DNA of 60,717 bases from an uncultured Thermoplasmata archaeon (GCA_964585175.1 CAZPCW010000004.1:1-60717), one strand, 5' to 3'; counted from the stretch's first letter, positions 28,314 to 37,317 are shown. Numbers and translations: made by a program. Notes: generated by a model from the sequence alone, not told the origin.

Positions 28314-28660
28314 GATTAACTGATGAGAAATTTTTATAATAAAATTCTAATCGGCCAAAGGGTAAACATGAACATTTGATAAAAACTATGTCGTAAGAGC
28401 TAATCGATAATGGTTCAAATTGGGATTACTTAATCTCCCTTCGCGGAAAACCTTTTAATAGAGAATTCTTAACATTGATTTGATATATGTTCATTGAGTA
28501 TAGAAAGTCTTTCTTTAAGATTGTAGGTTTCACTCTGTAACTAATTCTAAATTAATTATCATAGCCGAATACATTACTAGATTACGAAATCTTCAAGCTA
28601 AGTAAGAGATGTAATTTTTTATTTTTTCAAATTATTTTGGAGGTTGGAAGAGAACCATTT

Positions 28661-29122
28661 TCATAGTATACTTAACCCATCCTCAGGTATATCTTCAGAA
28701 ATAAAATTGTAATTACTCTCATCGTTTGCTGTATCTAAATCTATCAATTCGATTTCTTCAATTTTTTCATATGCAGGATCAGGACTTATCAATGGTTCTT
28801 CACAATGTATTGAATGTGCTGAATGGATAAAATGTTCTATCTGGAGGGTTAGGATTCCTTCATACTTATGTTCTAGTTCTAATGCTGTAGCTAAAATCTC
28901 TGGAGTAAAAGAAAGTAAATCGATTCCCTCCTTCTCGATTTCTGTTATCAATGCCTCGTAATCTAAAATATCTTCTATCTCTTGCATCAAATCATGGATC
29001 TCTAACACAGTGAAAATCGAAGTTTTTGAACCTTTTATTTCGTCCTCATACAAGAATAATGAATCTATCTCGATAGAATTTTTATCTATTGCATTGAGGA
29101 CGATATCCGTATCGAGGTACAT
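28661..29122 (-). CDS. PIN-domain (VapC-like) putative ribonuclease. The start is placed at the internal ATG (MYLDTDIVL) rather than the track start at 29191.
   Basis: MYLDTD N-terminus typical of PIN, later acidic positions (VLEIHD, LISPDPAY), and a GAGGGAG ribosome-binding-like motif just upstream of the 29122 ATG. Confidence 0.6.
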   Translation of the reverse strand: MYLDTDIVLNAIDKNSIEIDSLFLYEDEIKGSKTSIFTVLEIHDLMQEIEDILDYEALITEIEKEGIDLLSFTPEILATALELEHKYEGILTLQIEHFIHSAHSIHCEEPLISPDPAYEKIEEIELIDLDTANDESNYNFISEDIPEDGLSIL

Positions 29123-29244
29123 AATCTCCCTCAGAGATAAAAAAATTTTAAAGTATATAAGTTTTTTTATAACATATTTATATTCCTCCATCTGATATTA
29201 AGTCCATGATAATCATATTTATGATATATAGGTTTACATCGATA

Positions 29245-30315
29245 TTATTTTTCCTTTGCGAGGTAATCGTCAAGTCTTGATAGCCCTTCCTTGAGCTCGG
29301 GAGTGGGCATTCCATAACCGATCCTGAAATAATCATCATGACCGAAGACTTTGCCCGGTGCTAGAACCACACCGTAATCTTTCACGAAACTTTTGCAGAA
29401 TTCTACAGAATCCTGGAATTCATCAGGTACGGAGACGAAGCCATTGACACCGACGGGTTCGTACCAATTCAGACCATGTTTGTCTATAAATTCTTGAACC
29501 AGTTCTCTATTCCGATCCGCTAATCTTCGATTTTTGGACAATATTTCCTTTTCCATCTCACCTAATGCCTGTTTTGCTATATGTTGCCCCAATACAGTGG
29601 GAGAGATCGTTGTGTAATCCTTCCATCCCCAAGCATTCTCTACAATCTCCTCGGGGCCACAGAGCCAGCCGAATCTTGCTCCCGCCAATCCGTAAGATTT
29701 AGTGAGACTGGTCGTGCTGATACCTCTAGTGCTCATTTTTGCGACTGGAGGTAATGGATCATCTACAAGGAGCCTGTAAACCTCATCACATAAGAGGTAC
29801 GCGTCATTATCTTCAACAATGTCTAGTAAAGCATCTACTTTTGATTTAGGATGATATCTACCGGTCGGATTGTTGGGGTTGTTAAGAACGACGAGTTTAG
29901 TTTCGTCATCTACAGCATCCTTAACTTTTTCTATAGATAGTTCCCATCTCGGCGGTTCTAATGATACTTTGGTAACGGCTCCAAATGTGTTTGGCACGGA
30001 ATGAAGAGCCTGATAAGTAGGCGTGATCGCAACTACGTGATCCTCTTCGTCCAGCATTGAAAGGAAAACGAGAAAATTTGCCTCTTGAGTCCCAACTGTG
30101 AATAAAATTTCGTCTTTTTTCCTATCATATCTTTCGGCGACTTGATCTCTCAAATCGGGATCTCCGTCAGTGGGTATAACGTAGTTCATCTTTCCTATAT
30201 CCAGGTCAAACCTCTTCACATCTAGACTCCTGATACCACTCTCCGCCAACATTATTTCAGCGTCGTGTTCGTGTTTGGCGAACCATCTTTCGAGCTCAAA
30301 GTCTTCGACTTCCAT
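29245..30315 (-). CDS. Class I/II pyridoxal-phosphate aminotransferase (aspartate aminotransferase-like)
   Basis: NNPNNPTG motif, a PLP-lysine region SLTKSYGLAGARFGW, and a C-terminal FRIGYG. Confidence 0.9.
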   Translation of the reverse strand: MEVEDFELERWFAKHEHDAEIMLAESGIRSLDVKRFDLDIGKMNYVIPTDGDPDLRDQVAERYDRKKDEILFTVGTQEANFLVFLSMLDEEDHVVAITPTYQALHSVPNTFGAVTKVSLEPPRWELSIEKVKDAVDDETKLVVLNNPNNPTGRYHPKSKVDALLDIVEDNDAYLLCDEVYRLLVDDPLPPVAKMSTRGISTTSLTKSYGLAGARFGWLCGPEEIVENAWGWKDYTTISPTVLGQHIAKQALGEMEKEILSKNRRLADRNRELVQEFIDKHGLNWYEPVGVNGFVSVPDEFQDSVEFCKSFVKDYGVVLAPGKVFGHDDYFRIGYGMPTPELKEGLSRLDDYLAKEK

Positions 30316-30478
30316 GAAATAGTTACCTCAATCAGATTATAAATAATTTTGATGTATCCCCATTCATAGTTACCTTTTAGGAATTTCTATTGAATGGGGC
30401 CCTTTGCAAACAATACAAATACATTTGTAAACGGAAAACTATATAAACTAATTTTCAATCTTTACCTAGGTAGAAATT

Positions 30479-32596
30479 ATGTTTGGGCTGACACATCTCA
30501 CTCTTGCGACGGTAGGGGCGATCGTAGCGTCTGTACTCGGCCTCTTGTTAGCCGGGTACTTTGCCAAATTCATATCTGACCAGGAGAGAGGGACAGACAA
30601 GATGAAAAAGTTCTCAGGCGAGGTACAAAAAGGAGCTAAGACTTACCTTCACACTGAATATAAGTATATAGCGATCTTTGTCTTGGTAGCGGCCATATTA
30701 TTGGCGGCAAAGGATTTCATAGAGGGCGTAACTGTGATGACATGGTTGCCCTTTATTGTGGGAGCCTTCCTTTCTGCTACAGCGGGATATTTAGGAATGA
30801 TCACCGCTACCAACGCCAGTGCTCCGACAACCCAAGGTGCTAGAAGTACTCTAAACAAGGCTCTCAAGATCGCCTTTAGAGGCGGTTCGGTGATGGGTCT
30901 TGCGGTTGTTTCCCTAGGCCTCCTCGGCATGAGTACGATCCTGCTTCTTGTTAGAGAAATATTATCACTTGAACAGGCAATCGTCTATATTGCTGGCTTC
31001 GGCTTCGGTGCGAGCGCGATAGCTCTTTTTGCCAGAGTCGGCGGAGGTATCTACACTAAAGCTGCAGATGTCGGTGCTGATCTCGCTGGAAAAGTAGAAG
31101 CTGAAATTCCGGAGGACGACCCCCGAAATCCAGGCGTTATCGCTGACAATGTTGGAGATAACGTTGGAGATGTCGCCGGCATGGGTGCGGATCTCTTTGA
31201 ATCTTATACAAATACTATCATCGCGGCATTGACGCTGGGATGGATGCTTCATACTGGTGAAGAACTGCTAGGACACGCGCCTTTGAGTTCTCTTCAAGGC
31301 GAATTTCATATGTTCGCCATACCATTCCTTTTAGCTGGTGCGGGCATAATAGCTTCGATGATAGCGATATTCTTCATTAGGGCCGAAGGCGAAGCTTCTC
31401 AAGAAACCCTCCTGAAAGCGTTGAGAAAGGGTACTTGGGGTGCTGCGATATTGATCACTATATTTTCATTCATTATACTTTACACAATACTCCCCCCTGA
31501 ACAATTCGATTTCTTAGCTTATAGATTATTTGGTTCAGTGGTCGCCGGTCTTTTAGCTGGAGTTTTGATAGGATTCTTCACTGAATACTATACTTCTGAA
31601 CGGTACAAGCCCACAAAGAAGATGGCTGAGTCGACGGAAACGGGCCCTGCCACTTTCATCATTCAAGGAATAGCTACAGGGATGGAAAGTACGACGTTCC
31701 CGGTCATCATCGTTTCGATCACTATTCTTACAACATTCTTCCTTTCAGGTCTATACGGGATCGCTATATCCGCTATTGGAATGCTTTCCACGCTGGGTAT
31801 CACATTGTCTTCAGATGCCTACGGACCGATCGCCGATAATGCTGGCGGATTAGCGGAAATGAGCGGTTTAGATCCCAAAGTAAGAGAAAGGACCGATGCA
31901 CTAGACGCTTTGGGCAACACCAATGCAGCTACAGGAAAGGGATTCGCGATAGGTTCTGCAGCATTGACTGCGCTTACACTTACCGCAGCATACGCCACAC
32001 GGATCGACTTCGAAGCTAAAGCTTTTAGTATAATGGAACCTACAACTTTGGTTGGAGTTTTCCTCGGAGCCATGATTCCGTTCTTGTTCTGTGCTATAAC
32101 GATGAAAGCCGTAGGTCGTTCGGCATTTGAGATTGTTAAAGAAGCGAGAAGACAGTTCGATGAAGTTACGGGTCTTCTCGATGGCGAGGCCGAACCTGAT
32201 TATCAGAGACCCATCAATTTAAGTACCTCCGCTGCTCTCAGAGAAATGATCATTCCGGGCCTGATGGCTATAATTGTTCCACTTGTGGTAGGATTCTTGC
32301 TAGGTCCAACCGCGTTGGTTGGATTCTTGATGGCCGCCGTAGGTACAGGATTTGTTCTGGCTATTATGATGGCCAATTCGGGCGGCGCCTGGGACAATGC
32401 AAAGAAATATATAGAAAAAGGTCACCATGGCGGTAAAGGCTCAGACGCTCATAAAGCCGGAGTTATCGGTGACACGGTAGGTGATCCGTTCAAGGACACA
32501 TCGGGGCCTTCACTCAACATACTTATAAAGCTGATGTCTATAGTTTCACTTGTATTTGCGACCGCTATCGCCGAATTCGGCTTGCAGTGGTTCTAA
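30479..32596 (+). CDS. hppA: Membrane-bound ion-translocating pyrophosphatase
   Basis: GGGIYTKAADVGADLAGKVE, PEDDPRNPGVIADNVGDNVGD and GDTVGDPFKDTSGPSLN motifs. Polytopic, 705 aa. Confidence 0.95.
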   Translation: MFGLTHLTLATVGAIVASVLGLLLAGYFAKFISDQERGTDKMKKFSGEVQKGAKTYLHTEYKYIAIFVLVAAILLAAKDFIEGVTVMTWLPFIVGAFLSATAGYLGMITATNASAPTTQGARSTLNKALKIAFRGGSVMGLAVVSLGLLGMSTILLLVREILSLEQAIVYIAGFGFGASAIALFARVGGGIYTKAADVGADLAGKVEAEIPEDDPRNPGVIADNVGDNVGDVAGMGADLFESYTNTIIAALTLGWMLHTGEELLGHAPLSSLQGEFHMFAIPFLLAGAGIIASMIAIFFIRAEGEASQETLLKALRKGTWGAAILITIFSFIILYTILPPEQFDFLAYRLFGSVVAGLLAGVLIGFFTEYYTSERYKPTKKMAESTETGPATFIIQGIATGMESTTFPVIIVSITILTTFFLSGLYGIAISAIGMLSTLGITLSSDAYGPIADNAGGLAEMSGLDPKVRERTDALDALGNTNAATGKGFAIGSAALTALTLTAAYATRIDFEAKAFSIMEPTTLVGVFLGAMIPFLFCAITMKAVGRSAFEIVKEARRQFDEVTGLLDGEAEPDYQRPINLSTSAALREMIIPGLMAIIVPLVVGFLLGPTALVGFLMAAVGTGFVLAIMMANSGGAWDNAKKYIEKGHHGGKGSDAHKAGVIGDTVGDPFKDTSGPSLNILIKLMSIVSLVFATAIAEFGLQWF

Positions 32597-32621
32597 ACGT
32601 TAAACGTAAGGTGGAAAACAC

Positions 32622-33182
32622 ATGTACAAGATGGAGAAGAAGTCTGATACCATTCGCATACCTCCCGATAGATTGGACGAGGATTTGGATGAAGTAGCTA
32701 AGGATATAGCTAGAGAAGATCTCGAAGGAGTAATAGAAGATGAAAACAAGCTGATCATACTCTCGACCAATATCGAGAGGATCGGAGACGGAAAAGTCGT
32801 CCATGATGATGGAGGAGTATATCAGAAGGTCGAGTACGATGCACTGTTCTTCGAGATGGAGGAACAGGAACTGATCCTAGGTTATCTCTGCGAAGTGTTG
32901 CAGTTCGGCGGTTTCGTAAGATTTGGTCCTCTAGATGGTTTACTGCATATAAGCCAGATAATGAACGATAAAGTAGAAGTTGACCAGGGAAATCAGAGAT
33001 TGGTCGGAAAAGAGAGCAAAGACAGTCTTGAGATAGATGACGAGATCAGGGCTAGGATAGTAACGGTAAGTGTAAACGAGAGAAACCCTAGAGAGAGTAA
33101 GATAGGGATGACTATGAGACAGAATGGCCTAGGAAAACTCGAGTGGATCGAAGAAGATGAAGATGAAGAGGAGGCAGAATAA
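32622..33182 (+). CDS. rpo7: DNA-directed RNA polymerase subunit E' (Rpo7) with an S1 domain
   Basis: An N-terminal Rpb7-like fold followed by S1-like GYLCEVLQFGGFVRFGPLDGLLHISQIMND. It is followed by spt4, as in the conserved archaeal cluster. Confidence 0.9.
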   Translation: MYKMEKKSDTIRIPPDRLDEDLDEVAKDIAREDLEGVIEDENKLIILSTNIERIGDGKVVHDDGGVYQKVEYDALFFEMEEQELILGYLCEVLQFGGFVRFGPLDGLLHISQIMNDKVEVDQGNQRLVGKESKDSLEIDDEIRARIVTVSVNERNPRESKIGMTMRQNGLGKLEWIEEDEDEEEAE

Positions 33183-33184
33183 CG

Positions 33185-33373
33185 ATGGTTCAGAAAAAAG
33201 CCTGTAAAGATTGTAATCACCTGACTGAAGATAACGAATGTCCTCTTTGCGGAGGAGATGTATCTAGAGAATGGCAGGGTTATCTCGTGATCGTAGATTA
33301 CGAACATTCGATGCTCGCGAAGAAGATGGGCATCAAGGCGAACGGAAAATTCGCACTCAAAGTGAGAGGATAG
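33185..33373 (+). CDS. spt4: Transcription elongation factor Spt4 (RpoE'')
   Basis: A 62-aa protein with a zinc ribbon (CKDCNHLTEDNECPLCGG) followed by WQGYLVIVD. Confidence 0.85.
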   Translation: MVQKKACKDCNHLTEDNECPLCGGDVSREWQGYLVIVDYEHSMLAKKMGIKANGKFALKVRG

Positions 33374-33379
33374 GTAATC

Positions 33380-33898
33380 TTGCCAGAGATACCCGATAAG
33401 GATTTAGAACTCAAATCTGAAGATCGAGAAGAATTGAAACGTACCCTTGGACCAGTAGTAAAAGGTAATTTGCCCGAGAAATACAAGGAAAGACAGCCTA
33501 TTATCACCGTTGGAGATGTAGTCACCGATACACTTTTGAACCAGGGGATCGAACCCGATGTCGGGATAGTCGACGGCAGAACCCGAAGAGGCGAATTTGA
33601 AGGAGGGGACTGGAAAAAAAAGAGAACGGTACGTCTCGAGAACCCCCCTTCTTTTATCAAGAAAGAAGCTTGGCCGACATTAAAACGTGCGATATCTAGA
33701 GAGGAAAAGGTAATAATAGAAGTCGATGGAGAGGAAGATATGCTCTCCCTTGTCTCTATAGCTCTATGTCCTATCGATGGAATAGTAATTTACGGTATAC
33801 CGTCCGAGGGGATGGTTATCAACGAGATATCGAAAGATATAAAAGAGGAGACTTGGGAAATAATAAATAACATGATAGAAGTTGACGATGGTAGATAA
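33380..33898 (+). CDS. DUF359-family protein (archaeal GTP-dependent dephospho-CoA kinase type), with a TTG start
   Basis: PIITVGDVVTDTLLNQGIEPDVGIVDGRTRR pattern. Its position between spt4 and rps24e is the conserved archaeal neighbourhood. Confidence 0.75.
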   Translation: MPEIPDKDLELKSEDREELKRTLGPVVKGNLPEKYKERQPIITVGDVVTDTLLNQGIEPDVGIVDGRTRRGEFEGGDWKKKRTVRLENPPSFIKKEAWPTLKRAISREEKVIIEVDGEEDMLSLVSIALCPIDGIVIYGIPSEGMVINEISKDIKEETWEIINNMIEVDDGR

Positions 33899-33899
33899 A

Positions 33900-34175
33900 A
33901 TGGCGGAAGTCGAGATAGAACACGAAGAAGATAACAGGTTGATGAATAGACGTGAGCTGAGACTCAAAGTAGGTCACGAAGGAGAAGGCACGCCTTCCAG
34001 GAAGGAATTGACCAATGAAGTCGCTGGATTGGTGGATGCTTCTAAAGACAATATAGTGATAGACAAAGTTGATACGGAATACGGGATGGAAGAATCTATA
34101 GTCGAAGTCAGAGTTTACGATGATAAAGAGTCTCTAGAGAAGTATGAAAGGGAATATTTCAAAGAAAGAGATTAA
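33900..34175 (+). CDS. rps24e: 30S ribosomal protein S24e. The ATG at 33900 is preferred; the track ORF starts at 33882.
   Basis: NRLMNRRELRLKVGHEGEGTPSRKEL...IVIDKVDTEYGMEESIVEVRVYDD. Confidence 0.9.
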   Translation: MAEVEIEHEEDNRLMNRRELRLKVGHEGEGTPSRKELTNEVAGLVDASKDNIVIDKVDTEYGMEESIVEVRVYDDKESLEKYEREYFKERD

Positions 34176-34189
34176 GCGAGGTGATATAG

Positions 34190-34339
34190 ATGGATAAATC
34201 GGAAATATTTGAAGTTGAGGATGATGAGATCGAGAGAAAACGTCGGAGCTGCCCTAAATGTGGTGAAGGCGTTTTCCTCGCTGAGCACGAAGACAGACTT
34301 TCCTGCGGTAAATGCGGTTACACAGAATTTAGCGAGTAA
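34190..34339 (+). CDS. rps27ae: 30S ribosomal protein S27ae
   Basis: A 49-aa ORF not in the track: [49 protein letters not shown]. It has a C4 zinc ribbon. Confidence 0.9.
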   Translation: MDKSEIFEVEDDEIERKRRSCPKCGEGVFLAEHEDRLSCGKCGYTEFSE

Positions 34340-34409
34340 GGTCGCTTCTTACGGACGCTCGAGCGACCTTTATTCGCCTACAATGATTTTTATTTTCTCC
34401 GCTCTTCAA

Positions 34410-34543
34410 GGGCTCGTGTTGTAGCAACTCTGTTCCGATAGGACAGGGCTGCAATGGATATCATCGGGGCTTCCGGAGCCCCGAACCCGGGTTCGAATAT
34501 CGAACTGGAATTCCCAGTTCGAACGAAAATCCCGGCGAGTCCG
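34410..34543 (+). tRNA. Candidate intron-containing tRNA gene (134 nt, no encoded CCA). The visible anticodon loop UUCCGGA gives CCG (Arg), but identity is uncertain.
   Basis: Acceptor stem GGGCUCG (34410-16) pairs with CGAGUCC (34536-42), including G3:U70, with discriminator G. The anticodon arm is GGGGC-UUCCGGA-GCCCC (34466-82). The T arm CCGGG-UUCGAAU...CCCGG is interrupted by ~32 nt (34492-34530). About 30 extra nt lie in the D region, and I could not fold a canonical D arm by hand. Confidence 0.5.
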
Positions 34544-34760
34544 TCAAACTTGTTTTGACGGGCAGTTGGAAATCTTTGATTTCCGACGAGTCCGTTTACA
34601 AATCTCTGATTTTAACCGGGCACGTTAGAAATCTTTGATTTCCGACGAGTCCGCTAAATCACGAGTTCTTTAAATGAGGGAGAATAGGAAAGATGTTCAC
34701 ACCTTTCCTATCGATTTGCTTTAGTAGTTAGTCGAAAATATTCGATTTCCGGCAAGTCCG
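34529..34760 (+). repeat. Four copies of a tRNA-3'-end-like motif (hairpin + TTTCCGRCRAGTCCG) in tandem downstream of the tRNA
   Basis: ATCCCGGCGAGTCCG (34529-43), GATTTCCGACGAGTCCG (34578-94), the same sequence again (34637-53), and GATTTCCGGCAAGTCCG (34744-60). The 26-nt stretches 34569-94 and 34628-53 are identical. Each copy is preceded by a hairpin, for example GTTGGAAATC-TTT-GATTTCCGAC. Confidence 0.7.
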
Positions 34761-34812
34761 TTCTTCTTTAGAAAAAGCCGTAAACTTCGGTCCCAAGGCT
34801 ATCTTAAAAAAA

Positions 34813-35484
34813 TCACGGTATGTAACATCCTTCCCCAACTTCCTCGTTAGACAGCCACGATTCGTAAACCATCTGCTTTCCTTTTACAGTTAATCCTAAA
34901 CCTTCGAGGTCGTCGGGAGACTCGAGTTGGCCATATCCTATCAGGTATCCGTTGACTCTTGCCACAGCCGTGGAATTCAAGAAGTCTTCTTCATCAGGAT
35001 AGATGTCTTTAAAAGCTTCGTCGAGATATTCATTTTGTCTCAGGTAATATTTTTGAAGAGTTTTGTTCGCAAGAACGAAGTTGCCTAAAGGAACTAGTTC
35101 TTTTAGGGTTGCGATATCATCTAAGGTTTTATAGAGTTCAATATAAGATATCTTTTCTGGGTCATAGTCAACCTGTACTAGTTCTCTATGAAGTCCTCTT
35201 TCATCGAGAGTCGAATTATCAACCTCCCAATACCCAATCCTCGTCCTTATTACTCCATCGACTACTCCTAATCTAGCATCCGGTCCCCAAAAACATTTGA
35301 CACCGAAACTTGCCGTTCTGTACTCTTCGATAGTTTGCTTGTCTATTTCCGGTATATCTTCTCTCATCAATCTATCTGATTCTTCTACATCTCTTGGTTC
35401 TCGTAGACCTAGAACTGTAGAGACCAAGAGAGTCGCTATCAAGACAGATAGCGTTATCCGAAGATACCGTCGGTTGAGTATCAT
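34813..35484 (-). CDS. Secreted or membrane-anchored MsrA-like protein (peptide methionine sulfoxide reductase-like N-terminal core with a divergent C-terminus)
   Basis: Signal or anchor segment ITLSVLIATLLVSTVLG. FGVKCFWGPD...GVIRTRIGY...HRELVQVDYDPEKISYIELYKTL resembles the MsrA GCFWG / VQVxYDP core. The remainder is not canonical. Confidence 0.5.
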   Translation of the reverse strand: MILNRRYLRITLSVLIATLLVSTVLGLREPRDVEESDRLMREDIPEIDKQTIEEYRTASFGVKCFWGPDARLGVVDGVIRTRIGYWEVDNSTLDERGLHRELVQVDYDPEKISYIELYKTLDDIATLKELVPLGNFVLANKTLQKYYLRQNEYLDEAFKDIYPDEEDFLNSTAVARVNGYLIGYGQLESPDDLEGLGLTVKGKQMVYESWLSNEEVGEGCYIP

Positions 35485-35639
35485 CTAAAATATAATAGCG
35501 TTATACTAACTTTTATAGTTTTGGGTTGAGGTCGAAAAACTAATCCTTCATTAATAAAATAGAAAATGGACGGATTGAAATCGAAGTCATCAATTTAAAA
35601 TAGGGTGAAAAAGGTTATCGGACAAAAGAGGTTTTTGAG

Positions 35640-36197
35640 ATGTCTTGGATAGAAGAAATAGATAAGGAATCAGCGGAAGGCGACTTACAAAAGGTCTACG
35701 AAGAGATAAAAAGTAAAAGAGGTAAATTATCAAACATAATGAAAGTCCAGAGTTTAAAACCAGAGGCGATGGAGAGTCATCTTGACCTTTACTTATCTTT
35801 GCTGTTCGAGAGCAGAAGTATATCTAGAGAGATATGCGAGTTGATAGGGGTAATAGTATCCCTAGATAATGGCTGCAAATACTGCATAAATCATCACGCT
35901 GAAGCTTTGGCTCACTTCTGGAAGGACGAGGAAAAGCTTGAGGATCTTATCGAGAGTATTGAAAAAGTGGAGCTAGAAGAAAAAAACCGAGTTGTAGTCG
36001 ACTATGTATTGAAGCTTACTAAAACCCCTGAAGATATGGTTGAAGATGATCTTGAGGAACTTAGGAAGGCCGGCTTTACCGATGAACAGATATTGAACAT
36101 CAATATGATAGCTGCTTATTTCAATTTCGTCAACAGGATAGCTCTTGGTCTCGGAGTAGAATTTTCAGAAGAAGAGATGAAAGGCTATAACTATTAG
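35640..36197 (+). CDS. Carboxymuconolactone decarboxylase (AhpD-like) family peroxidase-related protein
   Basis: CKYCINHHAEAL (CxxC..H) motif and a C-terminal INMIAAYFNFVNRIA pattern. Confidence 0.8.
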   Translation: MSWIEEIDKESAEGDLQKVYEEIKSKRGKLSNIMKVQSLKPEAMESHLDLYLSLLFESRSISREICELIGVIVSLDNGCKYCINHHAEALAHFWKDEEKLEDLIESIEKVELEEKNRVVVDYVLKLTKTPEDMVEDDLEELRKAGFTDEQILNINMIAAYFNFVNRIALGLGVEFSEEEMKGYNY

Positions 36198-36264
36198 CAA
36201 AAGTCTTAGGCTAAAAGGTAAATCCAAAGGCCCTCTTTATAAAAAATAAAAAAGATTAGTAGAT

Positions 36265-37317
36265 TTACTCGAAATCGACAAGCGGTTTTATTATACCGTC
36301 TTCCTTGGTCTTCATCAATCTAAATGCTTCTTCTATTTCCTCGAATTTGAATTCGTGGGTGGTCATGTGTGTAGGATTCACTTTATCCCTATCGAGGAGT
36401 CTCAATAACCTATTCAGTCGAACTCGTCCACCAGGGCACAGCTTGTTATTGATCGTTATCTCGGACATGCCGACCCCCCATTCGGCCCTAGGTATTTCTA
36501 AAAATTCGCCCTGACCATGATATCCTATATTGGAGACAGTTCCACCTGCCTTGGTGACTTCGATACACTGTTTGAAGGTCTCGTTCATCCCAAGCGCTTC
36601 TATAGCGGAATCAACCCCTTTTTCGTTCGTAAGTTCTCTTATCTTTTCCACTGGCTTGTATTGTGAAAAATCCACTATTTCATCTGCACCATATTTTTTA
36701 GCGAGTTCTTGTCTCTTTTCGACCGATTCTACTGCGATAATAGTTCCCGCACCTTGGAGTTCGGCACCTTTTGTAGCCATCAAACCGACAGGACCCTGTG
36801 CGAAAACAGCAACCGTTCCACCGATAGGTATGTTAGCTATCTCAGCTCCGGCAAATCCTGTAGACATCATATCCGCAATGTACACCGCTTCTTCGTCCTT
36901 CACGCTCTTAGGTATATGAGCCATGTTAGCCTCTGCTTCGTTCACGTGAAAGTATTCAGCGAACACTCCGTCTTTCACGTTCGCGAACTTCCATCCCCCT
37001 AAAGGTTCATTAGTCTGAGAAGAATGTCCTCTTTGAGAAGCATCGGAGCCCCATTCCGGCGTTATCGCTCCGACAGCAACTCTATCACCTGGTCCAAAAG
37101 CCTCTACCTCTTCACCAACTTCATTTATTATTCCAACGGCTTCGTGACCGAGCGTCAGGTTTTCTTTTTCACCTATAGCCCCCTTTACAGTATGAACGTC
37201 CGAAGTGCAGACCAATCCTTTGGTCGGTTTTATTATAGCGTCGTTCGGACCCGCTACTGGTTTTTCTTTTTCTATAACATCTACCTCACCTACTTCTCTC
37301 ATAACAAATGCTTTCAT
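36265..37317 (-). CDS. adh: Zinc-dependent medium-chain alcohol dehydrogenase (secondary-ADH/NADP type by pattern)
   Basis: MKAFVM..., a catalytic Zn ligand region CTSDVHT...GHEAVG, a Rossmann motif AQGPVGL, 350 aa. Confidence 0.9.
   Translation of the reverse strand: MKAFVMREVGEVDVIEKEKPVAGPNDAIIKPTKGLVCTSDVHTVKGAIGEKENLTLGHEAVGIINEVGEEVEAFGPGDRVAVGAITPEWGSDASQRGHSSQTNEPLGGWKFANVKDGVFAEYFHVNEAEANMAHIPKSVKDEEAVYIADMMSTGFAGAEIANIPIGGTVAVFAQGPVGLMATKGAELQGAGTIIAVESVEKRQELAKKYGADEIVDFSQYKPVEKIRELTNEKGVDSAIEALGMNETFKQCIEVTKAGGTVSNIGYHGQGEFLEIPRAEWGVGMSEITINNKLCPGGRVRLNRLLRLLDRDKVNPTHMTTHEFKFEEIEEAFRLMKTKEDGIIKPLVDFE

Noticed and set aside
22489-29244. The AT-rich accessory stretch considered as an integrated mobile element or provirus. 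The tRNA locus at 34.4-34.8 kb was considered as an integration site with a resident element.
   Set aside because: No integrase, transposase, capsid or replication genes and no flanking direct repeats of att type were seen around either locus. The island idea is kept only as 'accessory, possibly horizontally acquired'.
34209-34424. Track ORF of 71 aa.
   Set aside because: It overlaps the well-supported S27ae gene (34190-34339) out of frame and runs into the tRNA-like gene. Its composition looks like an out-of-frame shadow.
34569-34653. A possible mini-CRISPR array: two identical 26-nt repeats about 59 nt apart, with degenerate copies on either side.
   Set aside because: There are only two exact copies. 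The 'spacer' itself is homologous to the preceding unit, so this is a tandem duplication. The repeats are homologous to the adjacent tRNA 3' end. No cas genes or leader are in the window.
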